Assembly: GCF_004010195.1 (NCBI RefSeq)
Contig: NC_057719.1
Location: 65,095,866-65,159,865 of the forward strand
Direction of reading: 5' to 3'
Source of the DNA: Chiloscyllium plagiosum
Lineage: Eukaryota
DNA: 64,000 nt
Shown here piece by piece: positions 13,305 through 25,234 of this stretch. Under the pieces are notes generated by a model, which was given only the letters and a program-made list of their open reading frames with translations, made no database searches and was not told the origin of the DNA. Numbering within the stretch: position 1 is the stretch's first letter; each line of letters begins with the position of its first letter. A program made the position numbers and the translations under genes.

Positions 13305-13560
13305 TAGGTTCAGTGGTAATACTCTTTGCTCTGGGTCCAAAGTCATGGGTTCAAGTTCTACTTCAAAAATATCATTGCTCGTGGGTTTTTGGTTTGTATC
13401 AATTTCCGAGAAGGAACTACATCTTAAAACTCTTCTTTTGGTTGTGAAGTGAAGGTTTGGTGAATGTAAAGGCTGTATGTTGGGGTTTGGTGAATGTAAA
13501 GGCTGTATGTTGGGGTTTGGTGAATGGAAAGGCTGTATGTGAGTTGTAAGCAGGAAATGC
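13305..13560 (+). mobile_element. Old tRNA-derived SINE remnant (possibly Deu-type)
   Basis: ggttcagtggt (A box-like) followed by gggttcaagttc (B box-like). Confidence 0.45.
13454..13540. repeat. 30-bp tandem repeat, about 2.9 copies
   Basis: Unit ggtttggtgaatgtaaaggctgtatgttgg, nearly perfect. Confidence 0.95.
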
Positions 13561-13997
13561 TCGCACGTCAGTTACACGTCAAGATTGTGATATTAATAAT
13601 GAAGATACTGTCATACTTACTGTTACTGCTCCTCTGAAACCCTAAACAATGTTTGAAGCCCACACATGTCATTAAATATGGAACTCCAGATGTTGTCAGT
13701 AGTTTTCCACCCTCCATATGGTGTTTTGTTGAGGGTACCAGTTGCGCTGTAATTGATACACCTATTTCTATTACCATACCTACACCATGTCTCAATTCTT
13801 ATGAAATTTTCAACATTTACTCAGTTCATAATTTATTGCTGAACACTGGCTCTAATGATCTAATTTTATTTGTAAAATGTCCGTGTACTCCTTACAATTT
13901 TAAGTTTTATTTGCTATTTCAGCTTCTAACTTAATCCCATTTGCAGTCCCAAACAACTCTGTAAAATGCAATTCGAGGTCACAGATAATTGATGCAT

Positions 13998-14335
13998 CTT
14001 TAATTAAAGTATACACAATTATGAAGAGCCTAGATAGAAAAGGTTGGATGGATTTTGTTCCCTTAATAGAGATCAATAACCAGATTCATTGGTTTAATGT
14101 AACTGGTTGAGGGATTAGAGGAGATTGAAGATAAATATTTGTACTCTGAGGGTAGTGGGGCTGTAGAGAACTTGCTGCCTGGCAGCAGCAATCCTCTTTG
14201 CACTTGCAAAGTCCTTTGATATGCACTTAAATTGCCATAACTATGGAGTTTATGGAATAAGAGCTGAAGAGTGAGATTAGGCACAGAAACAATATGCTGC
14301 ATGGCTTCCTTCAGTGCTGTCAATTTCTAATGCTT
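13998..14335 (+). mobile_element. CR1 3' end, decayed
   Basis: aaagtatacacaattatgaagagcctagataga (EVYKIMxGLDR-like) and a CR1 3' UTR-like end. Confidence 0.65.
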
Positions 14336-14632
14336 TATATTTTTACTGCCTGGTTTGTTGTCTGTGAATATATTTCTGTGTTAGTGATTGCCTGTCCCAC
14401 TCAATCGACATCATTGCTGATGTGAGGAGATCCCTTTGATCTGGTTAGAGGGTCAAAATGACTTCAGGAAACGTGGAGTCCATGGCACAAGAGATTGTGA
14501 ATTCTTTTTAGGTCTAAACAAGATGCATAGCAATATTGTTTCACAGATACAACCTTAATCCATTTGTAAACGTGTGACTGTCCTGACAATTCAGTACTCC
14601 TGATCTTCTCATGTCCTAAGGCAGACCATAAG

Positions 14633-14762
14633 AAATCTGAACAAAAGTTATACTGGACACATAAACATTAACTCTGTTCCTCTCTCTGCATTTGCTGCAG
14701 GACTTGCTGAGTTTCTCCAGTATTCTGTTTGTTTCAGATATCTAGCATCACTGTATTTTACC
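14633..14762 (+). mobile_element. Penelope-related family D fragment
   Basis: aaacattaactctgttcctctctc..gacttgctgagtttctccagtattctg..tctagcatc matches the other family D copies. Confidence 0.55.
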
Positions 14763-15224
14763 TTAATAAGAGTATAAGAGATGATCATTTGGATCAAAAT
14801 ATCATCATCTTTCTTCAATAAACAGTTTGTGCATTATTGAGTGTCATCTATAGTGATATATATGTCTGGCTATTCGCTTTGTAGAATGATTTATGTTCAG
14901 TTTGAGACCGCTCCAGAAATTGAGGGTGTTTCCTTCATTGCTGAACTTGTGTTACCACGGCATTAAATGACATCTGGGAGTGTAAGCTGTTCTTTGGCCT
15001 TGTTGAGATAGAGAAGGATCCTTGGCTCAGACTTCATATCCTGCTTGAGTTATACACTGAGAGATAATCAGTTAAGATTTTTTTCCGACAGCACACTGAT
15101 ATGAAACACATTAGGATTCTAAAGCTTTACAGTGTGGCTACAGTCTCAAAGTAGTGAGCATCCACAGAAATGTCAATTGTAAAAGGCCACAAGGTTTCTC
15201 CATTACTGTCATGAGATTTTATGT

Positions 15225-15560
15225 GGAATCATAGGCACAGAAAGAGGCCATTTAACCCACTATATCCAGGTTGATTCTCTGGAGGAGCAATTCATCCCCC
15301 ATTCCCCTGTTTTCCCCCCATCTTTCTTTTCAGATTAGAATACAATTTCCTCTTGAAGGCCTCAAGTGAACCAGCCTCTAGCAAAGTCTCAGGCAATGCA
15401 TTCTGTATGAAAAGATTTGCCTCAAGTTACCAGTCCTTATAAATCTGTGCCCTCTTATTTTGGTTCTCCCCACTAATGGAACAGTCTTTTTTATATCTAC
15501 TCTATGCAGACACTTGAATTGTGACGATTTGATCAATAGTCCTTCTGACCTCTCCTCCAA
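15225..15560 (-). mobile_element. CR1 3' end, decayed
   Basis: Minus strand HRVDIKKTVPLVGRTKIRGHRF (compare CR1 DRVD..LFP.VG.SRTRGH). Confidence 0.7.
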
Positions 15561-18500
15561 GTGGGATCTGATGGAAGCTGAAGATATACTTTATGGATGG
15601 GACCACTGGGAGAAGTCATGAAGTCTGACACTATGGAAATACTGAGAGTGTGGGGAATGGGTAACCAGGGACTGTTGAATATATGTTTAAGAATTTTTTC
15701 TTCATCTTAGCAGAGAGTTGTTAAAACTTTCGTAGCAAGAGACTGTTTAGTTACGCTGTTAAGCAACCTCCAGCAGAAAATTGAGTTTCATGTCTTCTTT
15801 AACATCGTACTTGAGGACCACTTCAGCTGATGCTGGTTGAAAAGATACAGATTTCCAATTGGTTAAGCCTATTGAAAGGGTTCCTGCTGCTTAGCTCTCT
15901 GGCTTCCCTGGTGTACGAAGATTATTTATTAGCCAAGAGTTTATCAGCCCAGCAAACCAAACTGTTATGATTTGTCATGCTGCTTTCAAACTAGTTTTCA
16001 ATGACTGAGGTATTGGCAATAATTCTCTGTCTGGCAGAAGGTGGTTTTAGGTACATTGGCTGGAATCTTATAGCAGCAACGTTGTCTCTGGTAAAACTTG
16101 TGACAAAATCACATGAGAATTCTGGAGAGGCCTATCTCTGGGTTATCTTGAGCAATGGTTTGTACTTTTTGATAAGTGACATGGCAAATTTCTTCCGAGG
16201 CAGCTCAGTTAAGAGTGTTTATTGCATGTTATCCATCTTGTTACTGGCCTAAGTTGCCTCATACATATTCAGCTTTCTAACTTGCCAACCAAGCTAAACA
16301 TTGTGAAATCTGGACACAGAAATCACAGCCGGTACATACTGACTTCAGCTCACTGTTTGCTTCAAAAGGGCTCCAAGTTGGACACTGGTCATTAAGCACA
16401 AGCCCTGCACACTTACGATGCAACCATGGACATTGGCATCTTGGTGCCATCCTCCAAGAATTGTCAAGGCATAACTCTAATCCAGTTATAGGATTAGTTT
16501 CTGTACTACAATGTTGTACTTATGGTCTTCACTGGTAATGCTGCAGCAAGGACATTGTACACTCAGGGATGTGCAGCCAGCTTATGGATTGGACCAGGCT
16601 ACATCTCTAGGAGAACATCACTTGTTCTCCTTGCTCCCTCAGCCAGAGCTACAAACCTTACAGATTAAAAAAATGTGTTGCTAAGAATACATTACGCATA
16701 TACTTAATATACGTCAGTATGTTCTCCTCTTGTCCCTCTCTCCATCCACTAGCTTTCCCATCACCCATCCCTGACAAAGAGTATATACTGAAGAGTTAAC
16801 AAATATAATCAAAGAATTGTAGTTTTAGAGGAATGATAACACAACGTTTCTTATTCACGCAAACATTTCTGGTTTCTCCTTGCTGCGGACTTAGAGATAT
16901 CAGTGTTTAACTGTGTAATTGAGCAATTTGTTTTGCCCTCATCATGATGCAGGCACCCATTCTTCTTCCTTCCTGAGATCCCTAATGAACTGTTAACCTG
17001 ACTTGAGCTGGTGGGAGGAGGACTAAAGTTGATTCCATGCTTCTTTCTGAAAAGTAGCATGACTGAATTTACTGGAGGCAGGCCAAAGATTTCTGGCATC
17101 AGGAATTCCACGCCTTTGTGCTCCCTTCACTCCCCTGACCGAGCTGTCAGTTGACCTCACTGCTGACTCTTAGTTCTTATCAGAACTAGCATTTACCCCT
17201 ACTCCTTTCTGAAAAACACGTTTCAATTTTAAATCAATTTTTCTTCTACTTTGCTTACGCATGAAAACGTTGAGCGCTGTCTGGGAAATAGAGGGGATAA
17301 AAAAAGACTACTTCACTGGGGCTTGAACTTGTTTGTCAAGTGCCACAAACTCTTCAGTTATGTGTGCAACAGCCTGACGCTATTGGTTAAATGGTTAAAA
17401 GTAAAGATTTACTGGCATTTGCTTTTAATCCTGATTTATAAACACTGTGGAGGATGTTGGAATTGATGGTTCAAGAATAAGTTAGAATCTGTTTCTCCTT
17501 AAGAAACATTCATATTTCTGTGAGGTATTGAAACAGCAGACCAGAACAAAGTGAGGGATTACCATTTTGGGTCTCTTATTCATTAAATCCTTGACATACG
17601 TAATTTGGGGTGCAGTAAAATGGATTAATCCGCAACACGAAATGTTGATTGTTTGTGAATGATTGTTTCCGCTGCGGAGAGCTGGAGGTCAAACAGAGAG
17701 CAAAAGGAATGTGCGTCACTCACATACTCAGCAGCACTTCAACAAGCCAAATGTGGGAGTTTCTATAGAATCAACTGCATTCCATATTTAGTCAAACAGT
17801 TTCGTGGCCGTCGCTTCCGCTTTTAATTTTGAGAATATTTGTTAATTAATCAAAGTAGTGGCAAAATCCTGTCCCTGTTGGAATTTACTAACTTTTGTTT
17901 TTTATTGTGTTCTTAAGTTTCTTTCACATCACAGTATAAATTCGACCACTCTACCCTTCGATTTCATCTCCCCCACCATTTGCCAAATATAATATGAAGT
18001 TGCTACATTGGGCCTAATCACAATCATTCCCTTTTCAGTGCTAAAGTTGGGCTCATTACCATTTTGAAATGGGTAGCATTTTTATTTGGTAGTACTTAGG
18101 GCAACACAAAAACCATTATTGTCATTTAAACCCAGGAATTAAGTGCCTCAACTAAGTGTGCACAAGGTGTTTTTTTTTTATTTGGAAAGCCACAGAGTTT
18201 CCTGTCCAGAAATACTCTGTTCTCTTTGTTCCAATGGGTAACTGGATTCACTCAAGCCATTCTGAAGAGAAGAGGAATTCAGAAAGCTCAAACACTTTGC
18301 AAAACTGTACCCAGTCTAGTTAGACATTTATCAACACAAGTTTCCTTGAGTCATCCTGTTGGTGGAGGAAGCCTTTTGATTGCAGGCACAACACAATACA
18401 ATAACATGGGCATATTACTACACATTGAATAAAGTGATTTATTACATTGTTTCTCTGCAGTTTCTTTCTCTCAGCTATGAATACCAAAGATGAAAGTGAG

Positions 18501-18825
18501 TTCGCTTTCTTTCATGACCTGTTGTTAATAGCATCATGCCCTCTTGTTTTTATTCTTTTATGTTAAAAGGTCATGCTGTAATTATGACTCATTCTCCTAA
18601 ACCCTACAAATTATTACATTCTATTTTTCCTTTCTCCTGGTTTCTTTCTCTATCCATTAGCTTGCTGCACTCTCAAACCTTCCTCTGGGAAGTACTGACT
18701 CCTTGAATATGTGGTTCATTTTCACTGAGTCAATACCATGCTCAGGTATCGAAATGGACATTATTGTGGTTTGAGGCATGCCATGTAATTGCCAACAATG
18801 TTATACTTAAAATCAAATTGATATG

Positions 18826-19125
18826 ACCCTTGACTTAGTGATAGCACTCTTTCCTCAGAACCAGGACAGTTGGTGGGAGCTCACTTTAACAAAGGGAAGG
18901 GATCCCAGAGTGCTATCCAAAGATAATGAAGAAAGGTTTTCTCTTTGGTGTCCTTGCCAATATTTATTCCCCATGCAAATTTTATTTTTCAAAAAAAAAA
19001 TTATTTTATCTGGTCACATCATGCTTGCTGTGTGAAAATAGGCTACTCTATTTCCTACATTATAGAAGTGATTTCACTTTAGAAGTACCCTGCTTTATGT
19101 AAACAGTTTTGGACATTCTGAATTT
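18826..19125 (+). mobile_element. Deu-domain SINE remnant (SacSINE1/AmnSINE1-like)
   Basis: tRNA-like head, then ggtgtccttgccaatatttattccc..ttatctggtca..gcttgctgtgtgaaaataggct..tttcctacatta..ttggacattctga, resembling the Deu core and tail as I recall them. Confidence 0.65.
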
Positions 19126-19264
19126 TTTTTTCTGAAGTTCTTTCAAAGCCTTTCCTAAACAAATTAATAGGTTGTTAGGCACCTTGCCAATAAGCTGAAC
19201 GTATAAACACAAGTCATTTCTTGATATATTTTATGGGTGGCCCCTGTTGTAAACCATGGCAAAA

Positions 19265-19860
19265 TGATGGCCTAGTGGTAATATTGCTAGACTGCAGTAT
19301 TAATCTAGAGACCCAGGTAATATTCTGGGAATTCAGGTTTGAATCCTGATATCAGATTTTGGAATCTTGAATTCAATAAAAAAAATCTGGAATCTACTGA
19401 TGACCATGAAATCATTGTTGGAAAATCCTATCTGGATTCACTAATATCCTTTAGGAAAGGACATTTGCCATCCTTACCTGGTCTGGCCTACATGTGACTC
19501 CAGCCACAGCAATGTGGTTGACTCTCAGTTGCCCTTGGAAATGGCCTAGCAAGTCATTCTGTTGTACCAATCGCTACAAAATCTCAAAGAAATGAAACCA
19601 GATGGATCATCACAGGCACCGGAAAATACAACAGCAGAAACGGCCCTATTGACTCTGCAAAGTCCTCTTTACTAACATTGGCCGGGGGAGGGGGTGGGGG
19701 ATCTAGTCACTAATGGCATTGTGGGTCAACTCACAGCAGGTGGACTGCAGCGGTTCGAGAAGGCGGCTCACCATCACCTTATCAAAGACAAAACTAGGAA
19801 TGGGCAATAAATGCTAACCGACCAATGACGCCCACATTCCACAAATTAATAAATAGAAGA
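19265..19860 (+). mobile_element. Internally deleted copy of the tRNA-headed LINE (head, start of endonuclease, 3' end)
   Basis: Head tggcctagtggta..caggtttgaatcc, then gcaaagtcctctttactaacatt (ORF start), then a jump to gcagcggttcgagaaggcggctcaccatcacc..gggcaataaatgct tail. Confidence 0.8.
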
Positions 19861-21376
19861 AAGCACTCTTCACAAGACTCAGGAGAAACTTAACCTGTTA
19901 AAGATATGATGTAATATTTTTCAACCAGCATAGTCCAACTGAAAATCCTTTTTGTTTTTGCCTTTCAGCTGTGGATAAAATTGCACAGAAATAAGTCCAA
20001 TTCCAAGATTTTGATATTTGAAACTTTGTCTGAAATGGGTTATGCAGGCACTTCTTCAAACAAATGATGTTAATGTCAAGGCTGTCATGTATCATTAATG
20101 ATTTGGCACACATTTGATGTTTGTGTACTCTTGCTCATTTTTGGAACAATTCAAATCTGAGACAGCTGTGTAGCAAGCAATAAGAATTGTTTTGGAGTTC
20201 TCCATCTCCTCTGATTATGCAGTTAATATTTCTGATTACTCTTCATCTCCTTAAACTCCAAAATCTGGCTTATCCTTTATGAAAGCTTTTTAAAGAGTAG
20301 ATAATGACACTCTGCATAAACTGCATAAGAGTCCTTATTGAAATTGTCTTAACATAAGTCAGTCACAAGATTACTTTCTTTATAGCAAGAAATGAAAGAA
20401 TTATTCAGAAATGTTTTCTCCTTTGGTGTGAGTGATTGAAATGTTGCATTCTTGTATTTGTCCTGATCATTGCACGTAAAGAACTTTGGCAATATTTATC
20501 CCTTCAGTAAAATTTCAATCATACTATTTTGGTGTGTTTTAAGTCAGAATTTTTCAAATAAAAGAGAAATACTTGCTGCAAAGCTGAGTTTAAAAATAGT
20601 TTTTAGATTGATGAACCAATTTTAAAATTATGCTGAGCTAAAATATATATTCCAATTTCAACATTTTTTTGTCTTTTAATGGCCCACATGACCCCGCAGC
20701 CAAGAAAATGGAAGAATTGCCTCATTTATAAGCCATTGCTGTTGTTCAGTTGTTGACACAAAAGAAGTAAAGTACAGAGCACTCTGCACATATCTGGGAC
20801 ATTTCTTTATCATGGCACAGTACAGGGGAGTTTGGAAACTCCACAGACTGAAGAATGGGAATTGAGAAATCTTCTCCTACTTTGTTAGAATTCCGTCAAT
20901 TTATGTCAGTAACTGCAATTGAAATGGGTTTATTGAATTTAATAGAAAGTTTCTAAGACTTCTTGCAAATGATAAAAAATGATATAATTAACAACATTTT
21001 GACTCACCACTATGAAATGTTCCATTTTTTAAAAAGGTTATGTGACTTTTGTTTGCAATTCTCATTACTCAGTCTGAGGCAATGATTTAACAAGGCTGAA
21101 ATTTAGGCTTTGTGCATATGTTTTGGAAGTCGTGCAGGGAAGGCTTGAGGAGGTCCAACTTTCTGTATGTGAACACAATGACGAAAAACTTGCTTGAGAA
21201 TTAACTCCAATTGGCAACTAAAGTATTTGAAGTAGCAGACTGCTGCTTTGATCTTGTTACCAAGCTCATTGTTCTATAGAAATGCCTTCTCTACATATGC
21301 AATTATGGTTTGGATTAAGTGCTGGATGAATGCCGGTATGCTGTATTTGCATGTACGCCTGAAGCCAAATTCTGTT

Positions 21377-22101
21377 GATGATGTGGAGGAGCTGGTATTG
21401 GACTGGGGTGGGCTAAGTTAAAAATCGCACAACGCCAGGTTATAGTCCGACAGGCTTGTTTGGAAGCACTAGCATTCAAAGCACTGCTCCTTCATCAAGT
21501 AGCTGTGGAGCAGGACCATAAGACACAGAATTTATAGCAAAAGATTACAGTGTCATGCAACTGAAATGATGTATTGAACAAACCTAGATTGCTGTTAAGT
21601 CTTTCATCTTTTAGAATGGGTTACAGGTTTCCGTTCAATAACATGCAAGTTCCAGAGCTTCTTTTAAGTCATATTCTCCAGATAATTTAAGGTTTTATAA
21701 AAAATAGGTGAGCTCTCAGCTCAGACAATGCATCAAAGGCGTGAGGTTAGACTCTAAAAGTGAGGTTAGACTCTAACCTCACACCTTTAATGCATTATCT
21801 GAGCTGAGGTGTTACCTTTTTTCATAAAGCCTTAAGTTATCTGGAGAATGTGATTTGAAAGAAGTTCTGGGATTTACATATTAATGAACTGAAACCTGCA
21901 ACCCATTCTAAAAGGTGAAAGACTTAACAACAATCTAAGTTTGTTCAATATATCATTTCAGTTGCATGACACTGTAATCGTTTGCTATAAATTCTGTGTC
22001 TTATGGTCCTGCTCCACAGCTACCTGATGAAGGAGCAGTGCTCTGAAAGCTAGTGCTTCTGAATAAGCCTGTTGGACTATAACTGGTGTTGTGCGATTTT
22101 T
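21377..22101. mobile_element. Penelope-like family A long inverted repeat (about 330-bp arms) with 10-bp TSD
   Basis: 21419-21750 is the reverse complement of about 21772-22102. Flanks aaattctgtt at 21367-21376 and 22102-22111. CTGATGA at 22024-22030, GAAA at 22045-22048. Confidence 0.9.
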
Positions 22102-22436
22102 AAATTCTGTTACTTTTTTCCCCATTTGCCATTGGAGTTAAGCATTCTCTGGTAATTTGTATTTGCACTGCTCCCAGCTCATCCCTGTGCAGTTAACAAA
22201 AAGTCTTAGAGATTTCTTGATTTATTTTTGACCGGTTTCTGATCTTAGCCAACATACCCCAAACACAAACATGTGATTATATTCAAATTTTGTTGTAATT
22301 TCATGTAACACAAACAAAATTAAATGTTAGTAGATGGATAAAAAAGATGTCTAACATGACGAAAATGTGCTTACAACTAAACAGAATGGAAGAAAATGAA
22401 GGGAATGCAACAAACTATCAGCTTTGATGACATATA

Positions 22437-22563
22437 GAGGAGAAAGTGAGGACTGCAGATGCTGGAGATCGGAGCTGAAAATGTGTTGCTGGAAAAGCGC
22501 AGCAAGTCAGGCAGCATCCAAAGAGCAGGAGAATCGACGTTTCGGGCATGAGCCCTTCTTCAG
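22437..22563 (-). mobile_element. Penelope-like family B terminal fragment with intact hammerhead core and 8-bp TSD
   Basis: Minus strand CTGAAGA-AGGGC-TCAT-GCCC-GAAAC-GTC-GATTC. Flanks gacatata at 22429-22436 and 22564-22571. Confidence 0.8.
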
Positions 22564-23398
22564 GACATATAACCCACTATGTGTAATAACATCAAGGGGG
22601 CGATGGTTTTGACTTGTTGAAAAGTTGTAAAGATTAAAGTTGTAAATGGAATGATGTAAACTCTAGATAATGCAATTGGGATCAATTTTAGGCATGGATA
22701 TTATTACTTTTCGATGTGCAGGGTACAGAAAGTGGGCCATGAGTGGATGTGAATTATTTCCAGAAACTGCCTTTTAAACTAGTTGAATGTAAAGTGATGC
22801 TTGTTTTTGTTAGCTTGGAAACTTACAAAAGGGAGTAAACAAACCATTGTCCAAGATTAAACATCGTCTGAGATTACAATGTTGGAGCTCAGACGATTTG
22901 GAAGAAGGAAACACCAAAATTAAATCTGTCATCCTGGGTGAGAAGGAAGTTGTATCAAATGAAATGTTATGAATGCTTTGGCTATCACAACAAAGGATGA
23001 GTATAAAATGAAAATGATTCTTGGATGTGATACTTACCAGGGATGAGACAGGAAGGGTAATGTTTTTAACAATTATGAGAATATATGAAAATAATCAAAA
23101 CGTTGTTTAATTTGGGAATTTAAGATACTTGGATGCTGATTTGGTTGGATGTGAAGAATAAATAATAGAGGACTGCATGTTCTTAGAATTCATAAAGGAA
23201 ACTCCTTCGTGGTTTGTTGACCAACCAAATGACTTGAGTTTATTTCCCAAGAAAGGTCCAATGTTATTCATCGAATCAAAATTTGTTTGTAGCTAGGATC
23301 AATAGTATTGTCAGATTTGAAAATCTAATCAAAATATGTGGAAAGGACCATGCAGTAAAACACTACACTTTTAAATAGAATGTATTTTGAGGGTGAGT

Positions 23399-24207
23399 TC
23401 ATAGAGTCAGAGTCACATGGAGATGTACAGCACAGAAACAGACCCTTTGATTCAACTCGTCCATGCCGACCAGATATCCCAACCCAAATCGAGTCCAACC
23501 TGCCAGCACTTGTCCCCTATCCCTCCAAACCCTTCCTCTTCATATACCCATCCAAATGCCTTTTAAATGCTGTAATTGTACCAGCCTCCACCTCTTCCTC
23601 TGGCAGCTCATTTCATACACGCACCATCCTCTGCATGAAAAGGTTGCCACTTAGGACCCTTTTATATCTTTCCTGTCTCATCCTAAAACTATGCCCTCTA
23701 GTTCTGGACTCCCCCACCTCAGGGAAGAGACTTTGTCTATTTATCCTATCCATGCCCCTCATGATCTTATAAACCTCTATAAGATCACCCCTCATCCTCC
23801 GACGCTCCAGGGTAAACAGCCCCAGCCTGTTCAACCTCTCCCTATAGCTCAAATCCTCCAATCCTGGAAACATCCTTGTAAATCTTTACTGAACCCTTTC
23901 AAGTTTCACAACGTTCTAGACCAGAATTGCACGCAATATTCCAAAAGTAGCTGAACAAATGTCCAGTATAGCTGCATCATGACCTTCCAACTCCTGTACT
24001 CAATACTCTGACCAATAAAGGAAAGCATACCAGATGCCTTCTTCGCTATCCTATCCACTTCGACTCTACTTTCAAGGAGCGATGAACCTGCACTCCAAGG
24101 TCTTTTTGTTCAGCAACAGAGGACCTTACCATTAAGGGTATAGGTCCTGCTAAGATTTGCTTTCCCAAAATGTAGCACCTTGCATTAATCTAAATTAAAC
24201 TCCATTG
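23399..24207 (-). mobile_element. Relatively young CR1/HER1 LINE 3' end
   Basis: ORF 23613-23873 MFPGLEDLSYRERLNRLGLFTLERRRMRGDLIEVYKIMRGMDRINRQSLFPEVGESRTRGHSF is a classic CR1 ORF2 C-terminus; tail at left. Confidence 0.95.
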
Positions 24208-24897
24208 AAGAAAGTTGATTAGTGAAAAATGCTGTGGAAATCAACAATGATAAATAATAAACTATTTGAGCAGGCTCTTTATAAATTAATCCTGGTAATT
24301 AAACATAGCAAAACAACTGTTTTGAATAGTAAAATGTAACTTAAATAACAACAAATGGACAAACACAACATTTTAAAATGGTGATTGGGCACTTAAAACA
24401 ATGTTAGTGAGTTGAAATCAGTAGAAAATCAAGTAACAAATTAATGAATGTTACTCTGTATCTCTTGTGAAAAGGGAAAGTGTGGTTTCCTACAATAACA
24501 TTCAAATAAATTACAAATTTGATTTATGGCAAGGAAGCTGCTGGACAGTATGTTGATACTGTGTTTGAAATAATAAAAGGCTGGAAAATAAATACAGCCT
24601 CAATTTTGATCAAAACCTATTCCCATTTCTTTTTGAGTTTATGACTAACTTTCATGAGTACTTTCATGAGGACAGTGGTATTATGGATAGATTCTGTTCC
24701 CTTTTTCTGTCCAGTATCTATATGTATGAATGTAAGTGGTCTGTGTTTTCTTACCTCTGAGTGTATGCCCCAATTAAGTATTTCCAGCAATAAATGTTTT
24801 TGAGTTTTCACCCGCTTAACTCAAAAATAATGCAATGTTTCACTCATTTATCTTTTGGAAGTAAAGTTGGTAAGACTCATTACCACCGTGGGCGGTG

Positions 24898-25230
24898 GGC
24901 GGCACGGTGGCACAGTGGTTAGCACTGTTACCTCACAGCACCAGAGACCCGGGTTCAATTCCCGCATCAGGCAACTGACTGTGTGGAGTTTGCATGTTCT
25001 CCCCATGTCTGCTTGGGTTTCGTCCGGGTGCTCCGGTTTCCTCCCACAGTCCAAAGATGTGCAGGTCAGGTGAATTGGCCATGCTAAATTGCCCGTAGTG
25101 TTAGGTACAGGGGTAAATGTAGGGATATGGGTGGGTTGCGCTTCGGCGGGTCGGTGTGGACTTGTTGGGCTGAAGGGCCTGTTTCCACACTGTAATGTAA
25201 TGTAATGTAATGTAATGTAATCTAATCTAA
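24898..25230 (+). mobile_element. HE1-type V-SINE, full length, (TGTAA)n tail
   Basis: ggcggcacggtggcacagtggttagc (A box), gggttcaattccc (B box), V-domain tgtgtggagtttgcatgttctcccc..tccggtttcctcccacagtccaaag, and a CR1-like 3' end. Confidence 0.93.
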
Positions 25231-25234
25231 TTAC

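Noticed and set aside
15700..16620. Possible minus-strand LTR or other repeat
   Set aside because: No clear termini, TSD or second copy in the window.
22620..23390. Possible very old CR1 endonuclease remnant
   Set aside because: Too degenerate to support by eye.
24898..24970. tRNA-like sequence with A and B boxes
   Set aside because: It is the head of an HE1 SINE, not a tRNA gene.
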